NCBI GenBank assembly: GCA_013239625.1
Contig: MU053881.1
Coordinates: 14,438,373-14,502,372 of the forward strand
Direction: 5' to 3'
Length of the DNA: 64,000 nt
Origin: Lama guanicoe
Lineage: Eukaryota
Positions 13,161 through 25,762 of this stretch are shown piece by piece (the stretch's first letter is position 1; every line of letters begins with the position of its first letter). A model generated the notes under the pieces. That model worked only from the letters and a program-made list of their open reading frames with translations, had not been told where the DNA came from and did no database searches. The position numbers were made by a program, and so were the translations under genes.

Positions 13161-15104
13161 TTTTTTTTAACCAGCTGCTGCCCCTCTGCCCCCTTTAGAC
13201 CCACAGATTATAATTCACATACCCATCTTCTTGAGGAGAAAAACCAGAAATCTCTTGCAATCAGGCCAGCTCTCTTTTTCCTCCAAGGCACATTCTGCTA
13301 ACTGAGAAAATGCTCTTCTCCTGGTGAAACTCCTGCCTACCCTACGTGGGGTCACACATGCCCTTGGAAGGTGCCAGGCATCCACTCCTGTTTCTACCTG
13401 TTCTATACAGAGCTCCCTTCATCCTGCTTCTTCACCAGGTTAGGTGGCCATGAAGGACAGGATGGCAACCCCTGAGCCAGCCATCCCCACGTCCCAGGTT
13501 TGTTACAGTTCTGGTATACCTGCTCTCATCAAGTCAGAGAAACAGGTTGCACGACAAAAAGCAATGCACATAAAAGTGGTTTTAGGCTCCATGGCAGACG
13601 GCTGGTCAGAGACTCTCCTTCGTATACCCCCATAGGTAGAACATTTAAATGACCCACTAGAGCAGTGGGGACACCAGTCACAAGATGAGGAGCCCGTCAG
13701 CATGTGACAAACAAAGCCAACAACAGGAATACGTGCTGCGAGCGTATCAGAAACTGCAACTGCAGAATTATACCAAATATTTTCAAAATAAGGAAATGAC
13801 CTCCTTAATCTGCAAATCTGCTTAACTCACATGTGTGTGAAGAGGAGTTCTTGACTGATAAACGAACGAGCACTTACAGGTACTTACCTCAATGACTGTA
13901 CACAGTGGTCTCTGGTTCCTGTCACAACTGCCACACAGAAACATGCCCAGAATGCTGGCACTATCCCCCCAGAAACTACCCCCTCCACAGCCAGAGGAGG
14001 GCGCCATAAAGGCAATGGGGAAGTGGCAAAACTGTAGAGCTTGCCGACAGCCACCAGGCTGGCTCACGCTCGGGGTATGAGGTAAGTCACTCTGAGAGTT
14101 AGAAACAGGGCACCCAGAGTCTGTCACTCTGATACCCCAAAATAATCTAATGATTTTTAGAAGCACAGGTGAACTCCTCAAATTTCAATTATTACAAACC
14201 TGGTATAAGATAATGATCCAGAGTAAAAGTAGGTAGACAGAGAAGAACTGGGACCAGGAGCCCAGAGGGAAGAGGAGAGGAAAGGGGTCAGAGGTTTGGC
14301 AAGGTGGCAGTGAGGCAGGGGAGTACAGACTGAGGAACCGATTTCTGAAGGAACGTACCTCTTAGTTCCCACGTGCTGAAACGCAAGCAAGACTATGGAT
14401 TTCTAGCTGGAGCTGATGGAGCCACTCCCTGAGGCTTCCCGGCCTCTCCTGGAAGTTGCCCAGCAGCAGACAGAGTATTAGCAAGTAAAAGGCCAGCCCA
14501 CAACAGGTGCTGGGGAGGGGCTGGCCTCCAGAGAGCTTCCCACAGAGTGCCAGAGCCCCCCAATGAGTGATTGAGGGAAGTGAAGATCACACAAAAAGAA
14601 CAGGTTTTTGCCTGTTGGACTTCCAAACTTCTCACACGTGACAGGGGTGTGGGGTGGGGGTCAATCCCTGGCAAGAAGACCGTAAGAGAGCCAGGGTGAG
14701 GGCCACAACCACACCTACGGAGGCTGTGCAAGAACCAGAGCCCTTTCCGGAGCCATCACACCCACAGCTGTGTCACATTCCCCCAAATCGTTCAAGGGTG
14801 CACATTCCAGCAGACAGCTGGCCGGCGGGTCAGGCACAGCTGCAGTGGAGCATGGTCGAGAGAACAGGGTGGGAGGGGGCTCAGGTCTGCACATAGCTGT
14901 GGAGGACCCCTACCCACCCCCACGCAGGAAGCCAGCACTGCCACCATTGCTGGCCACATCCTCTGTCGTGGGGGGGGCGGGCGGTGACAGTCACACAAGC
15001 AGGCCAAGACCTGGACTGAGACCTCTCTGGAAACCCCATGGCTAAAACTGTAAAGGATGAAGTGGCCGGACCTCCACACCTGCAAGAATAAAACAACAGA
15101 GATA

Positions 15105-15580
15105 TTTTGGGGGGAAGGTGTGGCAGTTTCTTTAAAAGAACTCAACACACACCTACACTGTGACCCTAGCAGTTCGACTCCTAGTTACTTATCAAGAGAA
15201 ATGATAATCAATGTCACGTGAAGACTTCTACAGAAATGATCACAGCAGCCCCAAACTGGAGACCACACGGCATCAGAGGACAGCTGAGTGGATAAACTGC
15301 ATATCCATGCAGGAGTCGCTCAGCAAAATGCTGCTACACACAACAGGGATGAATCTGAAATCACATGGAGTGAGAGAAGGCAGACCCCACCAAGCACCAA
15401 GCACCTACTACATGATTCCACTCATAGCAAGTCTGAGAAAAGGCAAGATAAGTCGAAAGCAGAATACACCCAGTCCAGGAGGGCAGGAAATGTACGGATG
15501 GCTCCAGGGAACTTCCTGGGGTGATAAAGCTCCATATCCTAATAAGGCTTTGGATTACACAGGTGGATGCACGTGTGAAA
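15105..15580 (+). mobile_element. Old L1 (L1ME-like) 3' fragment
   Basis: tggcagtttctt...tgaccctagcagttcgactcctag...gccccaaactggaga...ggatgaatct...atgattccactcata. Confidence 0.75.
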
Positions 15581-15752
15581 ACTGCAGCAGGAGAGGTTCA
15601 CAAGGCATGCACCAGCAGTACCTCCTGGCAGGGAAGTGCAATCCCAGCATTACTGTATCCTTCCTCTCCCAACAGGCCGCTTGCAAAGAGCGTCCACTCA
15701 AACAAGGACTCTACCTATAACCCATGGAGTCACCTAGAAAAAGTTAAGTGAT

Positions 15753-15774
15753 GCACATACATACATACATACAT
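15753..15774 (+). repeat. (CATA)n microsatellite
   Basis: cacatacatacatacatacat. Confidence 0.85.
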
Positions 15775-17284
15775 GTGGGTTCCATTTCTACACATAACAG
15801 AATAAGGCCATCCACACAGCCCCACATTACAGACGACAGGCAGAAGCACTATCATGTTACTTTCAGATTCATTTTCGCTTTGGAAGAGAAGCTGGGCATT
15901 AAAGTGGGTGTGGAGAATGTGCCCCACACACCACACTCACCACTGCTGGTCGCCAAGCCCTGTCTTAGTAGCAAATGATCAGCCACTGAGATTCCTGGGT
16001 GAGGAAGAGGTGACTGGCACCTATACGGATGTGTCGCTCCCCACTACCAAAGTCCCAAACGAAAAGATGGGGCAGTGGTTCTGTCATCAAGGATTCCAGC
16101 TTCAAGAAAGGTGCCCTGCTTTGCAGGCCCGGGAAACAGAGGGTGCTTCTGATGCATTTTATAATGTGTTAAAGCTTGCAAGAAGGCAGAAAGCCAGAAA
16201 AACTAAACAACAGCTCTAGCAGCTCAGATGCTACTGCTACTGCCTACACCCAATAGGCCCCATGGAATACACATCAGAGTTCCTCCCACCCACAGAATGG
16301 GGCAGATCCTTGGTCCAAGTGAAGCTCAGTCCCACAGGAAGAGAGACACATGATGCAAAGGGGGAAACGGGAGAGAGGAGGGTGACACAGCTGCCTGAAG
16401 GCCATGCACCCCAGTGGAAGCCAGGGAGCGGCAGTCACCAGGACACTTGCCCCACACATCCACCAAGGGCCATGTAGCAGGCTGTTAATAAGCAGAAATG
16501 GGCCTCCGAATCTGCCCCTGCCCTGCCTGTGAGACCCCAGGAGCCCCAGCCTTACTTCCTCCCAGGTAAAATAAGGAAACAGACATCATCTGCTTAGGTG
16601 CCCAGTGACTTCCACCCTTGGTGAGTCACTAAAGTCGAGTCTCCCCAACACCTCTGCATGTTCTTTCATAAAACAGTATCCCTGAAAATAATTAAGTCAG
16701 GTCCTGTCCTATCATTTCTGCCCCTAGGGACAAGCACGGTACTTGTCACAGACAATCCAGGGAGAGCTGGCACCTCAGAAGAAGGCACACACAAATACGT
16801 TTTCAGTGAAGCATGAAATGGGGGTGGAGAATCATGAAGCTTCCACCCCACACAGGCCCAGCGTAACCAAGAGACCCAGTCCTTACCTTTCAGGTGCAGG
16901 ACCTCGGGAGAAGAGTCTCATGTTTTACTAAGTTAAACATTCCTCCACCCAAGAGGGGAAAATAAAGCTGTCCTCACCTGTGCTTGGCCCAGATTATTTC
17001 TTAAGATCAACAATTTGTGACAGAGACCTTCATCTATACAAAAGTAGAGTGGAATCTACTTATCTGAGAAACAAAACAGAGAACCCCAAACACCCTCCTC
17101 CACCTGCCCCAGCTCCAGCCCCATCCAATGGTCCCAACTTGGGGTCAGAGGAGGGCAGCATGTGCTCATGACCTTTGGGTTGGCCCCTTAAGACCAGCAG
17201 GCCCAATTTCCACCTCTGTGGGTTTTTGTTTTTCCATGAGCACATTTACGGATGCCAGAAAGGAAACCAAACTAGTTTAACCTC

Positions 17285-17975
17285 ATTTATTTTTTTAATA
17301 TCCATATTGAGGTAAAACTTATATACCACAAAATTCATCCATTTTAAGAGTATAATTCAATGATTATTAATAAATTTAGAGTTGTGCAACCATCACAAGC
17401 CAATATTAGAACACTTCCATCACCCCATAAAGATTCACTGTGCCTGTGAGCTGTTAATCACTGCTCTTACCCACCCCCATTCCTGCCCTAGACCACCATT
17501 TGATCACTGTCTGTCTCTGTAAGTTTGCTTTTTCAGACATTCCCTGTAGATGAAAGTATATAATATGTAGTCTCTGTGTCTGGTGTCTCCCCTCTTAGCA
17601 TAGTGAGTTGAGAGGTTCTTCTGTACTGCAGCACAAACTGGTGTTCCTTTTTTTTTAGTGCTGAATAGTAATATGCTGCATGGATATAGCATATTTTGTT
17701 TATCCATGGCTATCTGGATTGTTTCCACTTTTTGCTTATTATGAATCATCCTGCTATGGACACCCAGGTACTGGCCTTTGGGTGGACATGCTTTCATTTC
17801 TCTTGAGCACCTTCCTCAGATAAGATTGTTGGGTCATGGGGAAAGTTTATGTCTAACTTCCTAAGAAACTGCCAAACTGTTTATGTCATTTTACATTCCC
17901 ACCAGCAGTGAATCAGGGTTCCAGTTTCTCCACATCCTCACCAACACTTGTTACTACCGTCTTTTTTATTACAGC
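17285..17975 (-). mobile_element. L1 3' end (L1MB/L1ME-like)
   Basis: Reversed L1 3'UTR and ORF2 end: ttgtgcaaccatcac...gaaactgccaaactgt...ttttacattcccaccagcagtg...ttctccacatcctcaccaacacttg. Confidence 0.85.
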
Positions 17976-17979
17976 CATC

Positions 17980-19950
17980 CTTGAGATTTGTTTTATGGCC
18001 AAGCATATGGTCCACCCTGGAGAATGTTCCGTGCACACGTGAGATGTATTCTGCCTTCACCAGATGGAGTCTTCTACAGACGCCCATAAGCCAAATGAGT
18101 CAACAGTACTCTTCAAGTTTTCCAGAATCTTGTCGATTTTCTGTTTAGTTTTGCCAGCAATTATTGAGAGTGAAGTATTGAAATTTCTGAATATAAATGA
18201 TGAACTGTCTGTTTCTATTAGCAATCCTACTAGCTTATGCCTCAGGTATTTTGGGATTCTGTGGTTAGGTGAATGTACACCTGTGACTGTCCAATCTTCC
18301 TAACATACCGTTAAAAAATGTCCCTCTTTGGCTCTCAGAATTTTTTGTCTTAAAGTCAATTTTACTGGATATTAATAGTCATTCTAGTTTTCTTATGGTT
18401 ACTTACAGTCTCTCTTTCCCTATTCTTTGACCTAAAGATCTAAGGAGTATCTCATAGACAATACATAATTAAGCTTATCTTGCTTTTTTATCTGCTCTAA
18501 CAATCTCTGCCTTTTGATGAGGGTTTTTAGATCATTCATATTTAATGCAATTATTAATACGATGGGATTTACATTTGCCATTTTGCCAAATATTTGTTTT
18601 CTACATATCTTCCTCCATTTTTGTTCTTCTGTCCCTCATTGACTTCTGTGTTAAATATTTTTTAATGTACCACTAAACTCTTCTGTTGATCTAATTTTTT
18701 AAACCATATTTTAAAGTTATTTTCTAGGGATTATAATAAGCATTTCATTAATTTATCACAATCTGCTTCAGATTAACACTAACTTGACCCTGGTAAAATG
18801 TAGAAACTTCACTCCAATATAGCTCCATTTCATTCTTCCTGTTTCATACTACTGTTATCACACATATTACATCTATAGATTGTTGTATGCTTTTTGGTCA
18901 ATTTCTAGAGAGCTAAAATTGTTGTTTTTATCAATTCTATCCAGTGTTATACTTAATGCTTTGTAGGATATAATGTCTTTTTAACTAAGAAGAAATGAGG
19001 AAAAAAATGAAGTTTTTAATATTAGCCCACATATTTACCATTTCCAGTGCTCTTTATTTCTTCCCGTGAACCTAAGTTACCAACAGGTCATTTCCTTTCA
19101 GCCTGAAGAAACAGCAGGTCTGCCAGCAACAAATTCTGTTTTAGTTTATCTGAAAATGCCCTTTTGCTTTTGCTTCTGAAGGACAGTTCTGATGCATCCA
19201 GAATTCTGGGTTGACAGTTTTCTTCTTTGAATATTTTAAATGTCATTCAGTTCCCTTTTGGTTTCCATTTGAATGTCTCAGGCAACAAGTCAGCTGTTAA
19301 TTATATTAATGCTTCTCCTGTATTTGATGAATTGCTTTTCTCTTGTTACTTTCAAGCTTTTCCCTTTTTCTCTGGCTTGCAATAGTTGGAATATGATGTG
19401 TCTAGGTATAGATCTCTTTATGCTACTTTATGCTACTTGAGGTCTGTTGAGCTTCTTGGATAAACTTCTCAAACACATTTTTGGCCACTCTTTCTTCAGA
19501 GAGCTTTTCTGTCTTGCCCCAACCATGACTGCAACCTTGGGCTAATCAAGTCAGTGTCCCTCCCCACTTGCTCATCTCCAAAACTGTCACTTCAACTAAC
19601 AAGACCACTGGCAGGGCCATTGCTGACCACACTAAATTGAATGAGTCCCTTCTTACCCCTGCAGAAAAACTGTTGGTCCTTACAGCCTGCACTAGCTAGG
19701 CAGAACCTCCCTACCCACAAAGCTGGGGAGAAAGCATGGGAAGAGCCCCAAGCCAAATATCACAGATTCTCATTGTTGTAATCCAAAATTCAGCCATTTC
19801 TTAAGCACAAACACTTCTCAGGCTGTTGTTGCTTCTGGTCGATTACCACAGTGCTGAAATGGTTGACTTTTGGAGGTCAATTTTGTCCTACTTTATAACT
19901 GTTTTGGGAGGAAAAGGATTTGACAGTCTCTCCTCACTCAATCACTGTTG
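17980..19950 (-). mobile_element. Old L1 (L1M) fragments: ORF2 endonuclease region, inter-ORF, ORF1 and 5'-end pieces
   Basis: T-rich reversed L1 sequence: tggagaatgttccgtgcac, agaattctgggttgacagttt, gatgtgtctaggtatagatct, tgagcttcttgga. Confidence 0.75.
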
Positions 19951-20299
19951 GTAGTTGTCCTCCAACCTTATTTTAAAAGTAAAACACACACACATTGGAA
20001 GACTAAGTCAGAAAAAATGCCAAAGAGAGATGGAGAGGGGAACCACAGAGAAGGAGAGAACTCATTCCCACCCCTTTATCTATCTCTGCATATTCTAAAT
20101 AGCCCCAATGTAGTTAAAAAAAAAAAGTTGTATCTTGGTGATTTAAATTCACCAGCCACTTCCCTAAAGAAAAAGGAAATTCTCTATAATACAAGCCACA
20201 AGAAACTCCCTCTGGTCTTCAATATTCCCAAATTGGGTCATAAGAATATGACAGCCTGAAAGAATGAGGCAGTTTTAGACCCAAACATAAATTCTAGAA

Positions 20300-20615
20300 A
20301 CAGAATACTATACAGTACTGAAAATGAATTCACTATTCCTGCACTCAACAATGTAAATCTCACAAACACTATATTGAATGAAAGCAAGCAAAGGGTACAG
20401 ACTATATAATTTCAATTATTTTAAGTACAAAAACAGGAAGGAAAAACTTCAGAGTCAAGAAAGTAGTTACTCTTGCAGGGTAGTGACAGCAAGTAGGCAT
20501 GAGGGTGCTAGTAACGTTTTTTAATTTGAGCTACAAGGATGTGCTCAGTTTGGAAAATGTATCAAGCGGCATGTGTGTACTTTTTATTATGTATGCTATA
20601 CCTCAATTAAATGGA
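20300..20615 (+). mobile_element. Old L1 (L1ME-like) 3' fragment
   Basis: aatctcacaaac...ttgaatgaaag...atgagggtgctagtaacg...tatgctatacctcaattaaa. Confidence 0.65.
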
Positions 20616-20989
20616 ATTCTCTATATGGAGGTTCCCACAGGATGTCCCGAGCCAGACGCTCTCAACAAGGATCCAAAGACTGCCTGCTTCTAACACAGAA
20701 ATTGTGACCACTCACTCCAGAAAGGATTACAGTTTTAGAATGACTGTAGGCTGGACTTAATCCTATGATTCTGTCAAAACTCACAACTGTACTTATCCAA
20801 CAAACTATACAAAACGTTCTCTGTGGGAACTCAGGGAGACACTTAGCTCTACATACTCCACACACGACATCATTATTTTAAGCGAAGCTTAAGACTGAAG
20901 GGTAGCTGTTACCAACACTTCTTTCCCTCACCACACATCATGCACCAGGGTTAATTCTGGATATATATCTGTCATCCAGAGATGCAAAG

Positions 20990-21110
20990 CAGAAATTATC
21001 ACCCATTTTACAAATGAAGAAGCACCGGCTAAGATCATCTGCCCAAGACCAATCAGGCAAAGCCGGGCTCTTACCCCACTCTGCCAAAGCTGGGCTCTTT
21101 TCACAATCTC
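20990..21110 (-). mobile_element. MIR remnant
   Basis: attatcacccattttacaaatgaagaagcac...ctgcccaag. Confidence 0.6.
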
Positions 21111-22664
21111 ACACTGCTTCATGGATGTCCTGTGGTATCTCTAGTCCTGCAGGATGACCCCTGTTCTGTGTGCTCAGGTTAATTTCTCTCTTGCTCCCTT
21201 GCATTATTCTATGCTCCTTCAACTCTTAACCTCTCCCTCACAACTTACTGGCCTGTCCTGCAGGGGAGCATGGTGATTACAGGAGAAAATGTATACCAGA
21301 AGCCTAAGAAGACAAGAGGGACCCGGTAAACCTCCACAAATGTGGGCTCATCCTTCTCACTCACCTGAGACACTGCTAAGGAGGGAGAGAAGTAGACCCA
21401 GATTTACAGTTTTATTTCTAGAACTTTAAAGGAGATCTCTGGTTTTACAACAGGAAGGACAGAAAGCAGAACCAGAAGGAAAGGCCTTTCTGGGTAGCAG
21501 GAACACAAAGCACATGCCCCCAGACTAAGATGCTTCTCCAGTAGGAGGGGGTTAGATTTTTCCCATTTATCAAGAGGGTGTAAGAATTTTTAAAGCCGAG
21601 AAATGCTAGGTCAAATAATCTCTGAAGTCCTTAGGATGCCAACAGTCTGGGCCCCAAAATGAATTTAACACAAAGACTACAAGTAGGAGTCCCTCTGTGG
21701 GGTCAGTCAGCACAAGATGACAAGGAGCACCTAGGTTCCCCAGGTCTGCACCTACCACCCTTCACCCTACCCGGGGCAAACAGACATGGAGGAGAGTCGG
21801 CAGGGGAGGCTGTTGAGGGAGATAGGGATGAACTGGACCAGACAGGGGATGTGGGGCTTCTCAGGAGGCCATGGCCACACCCACATACCCACCATGGGAC
21901 ATCTAGGTGTGAACATTCTGATTCTCAACAGAGCTCTGAAGGGAGGAGTGACAGCAGGAGCAGGACCTAGGTCTGAACTTCTCTTTACAGGGAGAAAGAT
22001 TTCTGAGTGAAGAAATGGGGTGGTACATTGAGTCTTATTTCTTTCAAGCTTTTTCCTTAAGAACCTCACAAAAGCTGAAGATTGGGAAAGTTAACTCTTG
22101 AAGCAATCAGTTTCAATTAAGGAGGAACCAACAGAGCACCTTACAGAAGACCTGAACAGAGTGGATCCCTCTTCCATGATGCACTGCCTAGGAGGAGCAG
22201 TGGCGCATGTGAGAGGTACCCTGGGCTGGGTTCCAGACTCTGACCCTAGCCACATGACCCAGGCATTATGGAAGCATCCCTGGTCTCCCATGCCCCAAAC
22301 CTGAAAAGCAGGGAGGCACGACCAAATGAAAAATTCAAGTTTTCCTACAAATCAAAAGCACAGAGTTGGAGAGCAAGTACAATTTTAGTGAAGATCTGCT
22401 GCCAAGCAGAGGAGCCAACAGAGGCTCCCATCTTGTGAGACCCACACCCCATGCTACTGATGTCTAGGCCCCAGGCCCCCAAGAGGTAAGTCTCTTGGCT
22501 AGGACGGTGGGAGAGGCCACTGATGGAGAAGGTGACAGGGCTGGAGCCCACAGCCATCTCCATGATAACCCACCAAAAGCTGCTTCCAGCAGGCCTGGAG
22601 GGAGGCTTCACCCCTACCTCCTCCCACCCAGGGCTTTCCCTGGTTCCTGTCCCCTCTTGCTCAC

Positions 22665-22927
22665 CTGTGTGAGGTTCGCATGTCCACGGGCCCATCGCCC
22701 ACCTGTCCTTCGCCTCTGCCCATGGCCATCGCCTCTGCCCCCCTCAGCAACCCTTGGGCTGGGCCTGCTCCTGGCTCAGGCGTCACTCTTATATCTCCGT
22801 CAGCGTTTAAATCTGAAGCCAACACTCCTCTCTCCATTTTTATTTTCTTGCTCTCCACATCGTCCTCTGCTGGGTCCCGTTCAAGTGCTCGTTTCTGACT
22901 CCGTGTTCGGCATGCTTCTTCAGTCAT
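22665..22927 (-). CDS. GATAD2A: GATAD2A first coding exon (exon 22933-22665, with 6 nt of 5'UTR TTCAGA): [87 protein letters not shown], ends in phase 2
   Basis: Translation matches the p66-alpha N-terminus, including the IKME SUMO consensus at K30. Acceptor ttccccccaaag-type polypyrimidine/AG at 22935-22934; donor CAG|GTGAGC at 22665/22664. Confidence 0.97.
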
Positions 22928-25743
22928 TCTGAACTTTGGGGGAAGGAGAAAACATGACATTTAACTTGACATAATGAAGCTGTTACCTTCTTAGAAACTT
23001 TTCATAGTGTCAGCATGGGGTGTTTTCCTCGCCATGTGACAATGGAAGAAGTAGGTACAAGAAACAAAAGGCCCATTAAGTGTGCCCAGGACATTTCTTC
23101 CCTGCCTTGGGGAAGACTAGGACAGGAGCAGCAGAGCATCTGGGAAGCCAAGCTATGTGCCACCCCTTTTGGGGTCAGAGACCAGCAGGGACCTGGACAC
23201 GAATAATGGAAAGTGGCTATTTATCAGAAAGAAGGAGGAAATCTCTCCAGTCCAGACTCGAGAGCAAATAGAAGAAAACTTTCTAGATCTGAACTCCCTG
23301 CCTACAGGATCCTGCGCACCTACACTGGATTGGAGGTATCTGGAATCCAGGAAGCAGAGACCACGCTGTCCCAGGAGCAGGATCACAGCCTGGGTTTAGC
23401 CCTGCACTGCACTGATGCGAGTTGACCCTTCTCCCCTTCAGTGAGAGGCGGCCTCTTCACTCCCTGCTCATCTCAGGGGAGTGAGGAGTGGGGGGTCACA
23501 TTTAACCCTTCCAATGCCAACAAGGTGAACTTTAACTGGGCTGAGGCCTGGCCCATCACTGTGCCGGCACCCTGTACCTGCAGCATACACAAATTTTGAT
23601 TTAAAGAAGGAAGAAAAGAAAGAACAGCTGAGTCAGTTTTTGATCCCATGACATCACTGGGCTCCACATGACCCTTCCCAGGATTCAGTCTGAGAGACAA
23701 AGCACTTTCCAGAAAACCAGTCTGAACCGGTTCCAGACAACAAGCTGAAGTGTTGTTAACCCTCACAGAGACAGGAGGGAAGACCGCAGTGATGTCTGTC
23801 TGCAGGGAGACTGCTGGCATTCCACAACCAAGTCTGGGACTCGAGCACTCGCTCTTAAAGGGGCCCGCTCTAAAGGGGCCCAGACTTGATGTCTCAACAG
23901 GGCAGGACGCAGGAAAACAGACTTGGACAATCAGGGTCTAAAAAGTGATGCGAGAGTTCACTAGAGGACAAAAAAAGAATCTGGCTGCCAGACTCCTGAA
24001 TTCTCGAAGTACCAATTCTCCATAAAACAGTCAGCACCCACATCCACTAACATGGGGCCCAGGGAGGAGCACACTATACAAACACTTCAGAGAATCCCAA
24101 TTTACACCTGCAGCTTGCCTACACTGAAGCTCTCCCAGCTCTGTCTTTGTCCAAGCAGGCAGGGACGCCCGCACCTCAGTTTCCTCTGCAGCAAACATCC
24201 TGGGAGGCCTGTCTCAGGTACTGCCAGGCAAACCCAGTCCCAAAGCCCACCTTCTGGGAGACTAGAGAGAGCACAGGGCAATGAAGGGGCCACACCATCA
24301 CATCTGAGACACACTCCTGAGCAGATTCACTTGCAACCTCCTTAAAGGAGCTGATTCCACAAATGAGCAACAGTGCAGGGCCCTGCCTTGGACGGAGACT
24401 GAAAAGGAAGGAAAGTGACAGCTGCTTCATGCTGCTGGCAAGGGAGGCACAGTGGCCGTCTGACACGTGTAAGGCCAGCGTGGTCCAGTCTGGGCACTCA
24501 GACATCTGCTCCTACAGGCAGTACAAAAGGAGTGAACTGAGCAGGTTTCCCCATAGCCATGTCACTGCCGGGGTGCTCCCCACTCCAGGCAGGACTTGGG
24601 AACTCTGAAGCTCAAGGGCATCAACCTGGCCTGTCTGCCTCCAAGCCTCCCTGGCGTCCCAGCCTATGCCTGCCGCCCACCCTGTACCAACTCATCCCTC
24701 TGTTCTCACCCAGATCTTCCCAGTCTCTCCTCTACCTCCCTGTGTGGAGGTCTCCTCACTGTCTGAGCAAAGTGAGGGATGCTTTCTTGTCCCTCTTAGC
24801 CTAAAGTTCTAATTTCAGTCTTCCTTCAACATGCCTTCACCACAGATGCTGTCAGCCTGCTCACTGAGTCTGTTTTGTCTCGCCATGAGCTGCAGACAAG
24901 TCACTGCCCTGAGTGTCAGTCGCCCTCCCCTGCATTTCCTCATTGTGGGAGGGATGGGTCACTTTTCCTTGGGGCCCTGCCTTAATAACAGGAGCTTCTT
25001 GAATGTCTGGGGTATTAGATGGGGAGTACTTTCGGCAACCACACTGGACAGCAGGACTGGGGAGGAGGCTACTTGGGTAAAAGATGAGGGGAGACCAGGA
25101 GCTCAGGCAAGGAGGGCTCCCACTGGAGTCAGAGGTAATTCTATCCCTAATGGAGGAGCTCCCAGTTTGGCCTGGTACCCACTGTGGGAAGGGGACCCAA
25201 GATAAACAAGGAGAATGAATTCCTACTTCGCAATACTGCACCCCTCAATTCTGCACAGAATCCCCTCCACCATGCTTCCCCACTTGGCCGCTGCTCCAGC
25301 CTGGCAGGGCCCCCACCCCCAGCACAGTCTCCAGCCCTCTAAGCCCCAGGCTCCAATTTATGAAGCTCACTCAAACCCCTAACTTGGCATAAAGTCCTTC
25401 TTCCCAACTGCCCAGAAAAGGGGGAGACTGACGAGGTCACTGTGCGTCAGGTCACCAGATCATCAAGCTGGTGCCCAAGTGACCTCACTTCATCATCACC
25501 GGTACGACATGTGGTTCCTGGGGCTAGAGTAGAGTCTCACACCCATGGGGCCATTCCCTCCAGTCCCAGGGACCACTGAAGGGTACAGGGCACTTGCAGG
25601 GCCCCAGTTCTGGTCAGGGTCCCCAGCAGAGGACCTGGGAGACTGCTTGCTTGTGCTCTGTGTGCAGTATAAGGGCAGCTCGCTCGGAAGCTGAGGGGCT
25701 GGAAATCTGCCAACCCAGGGCACGCCCTGTGCCTCTGGCAGGC

Positions 25744-25762
25744 GGGGGGGGGGGGGGGGGGG
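25744..25762 (+). repeat. Poly-G run (19 nt)
   Basis: Directly visible. Confidence 0.9.

Noticed and set aside
13888..13927. Possible 40-nt exon ending at GAG|GTAAGT (minus strand)
   Set aside because: The donor is good but the acceptor is mediocre and there is no other support; such sites are expected by chance in 64 kb.
15211..15720. 169-aa ORF
   Set aside because: A chance open frame across a decayed L1 3' fragment.
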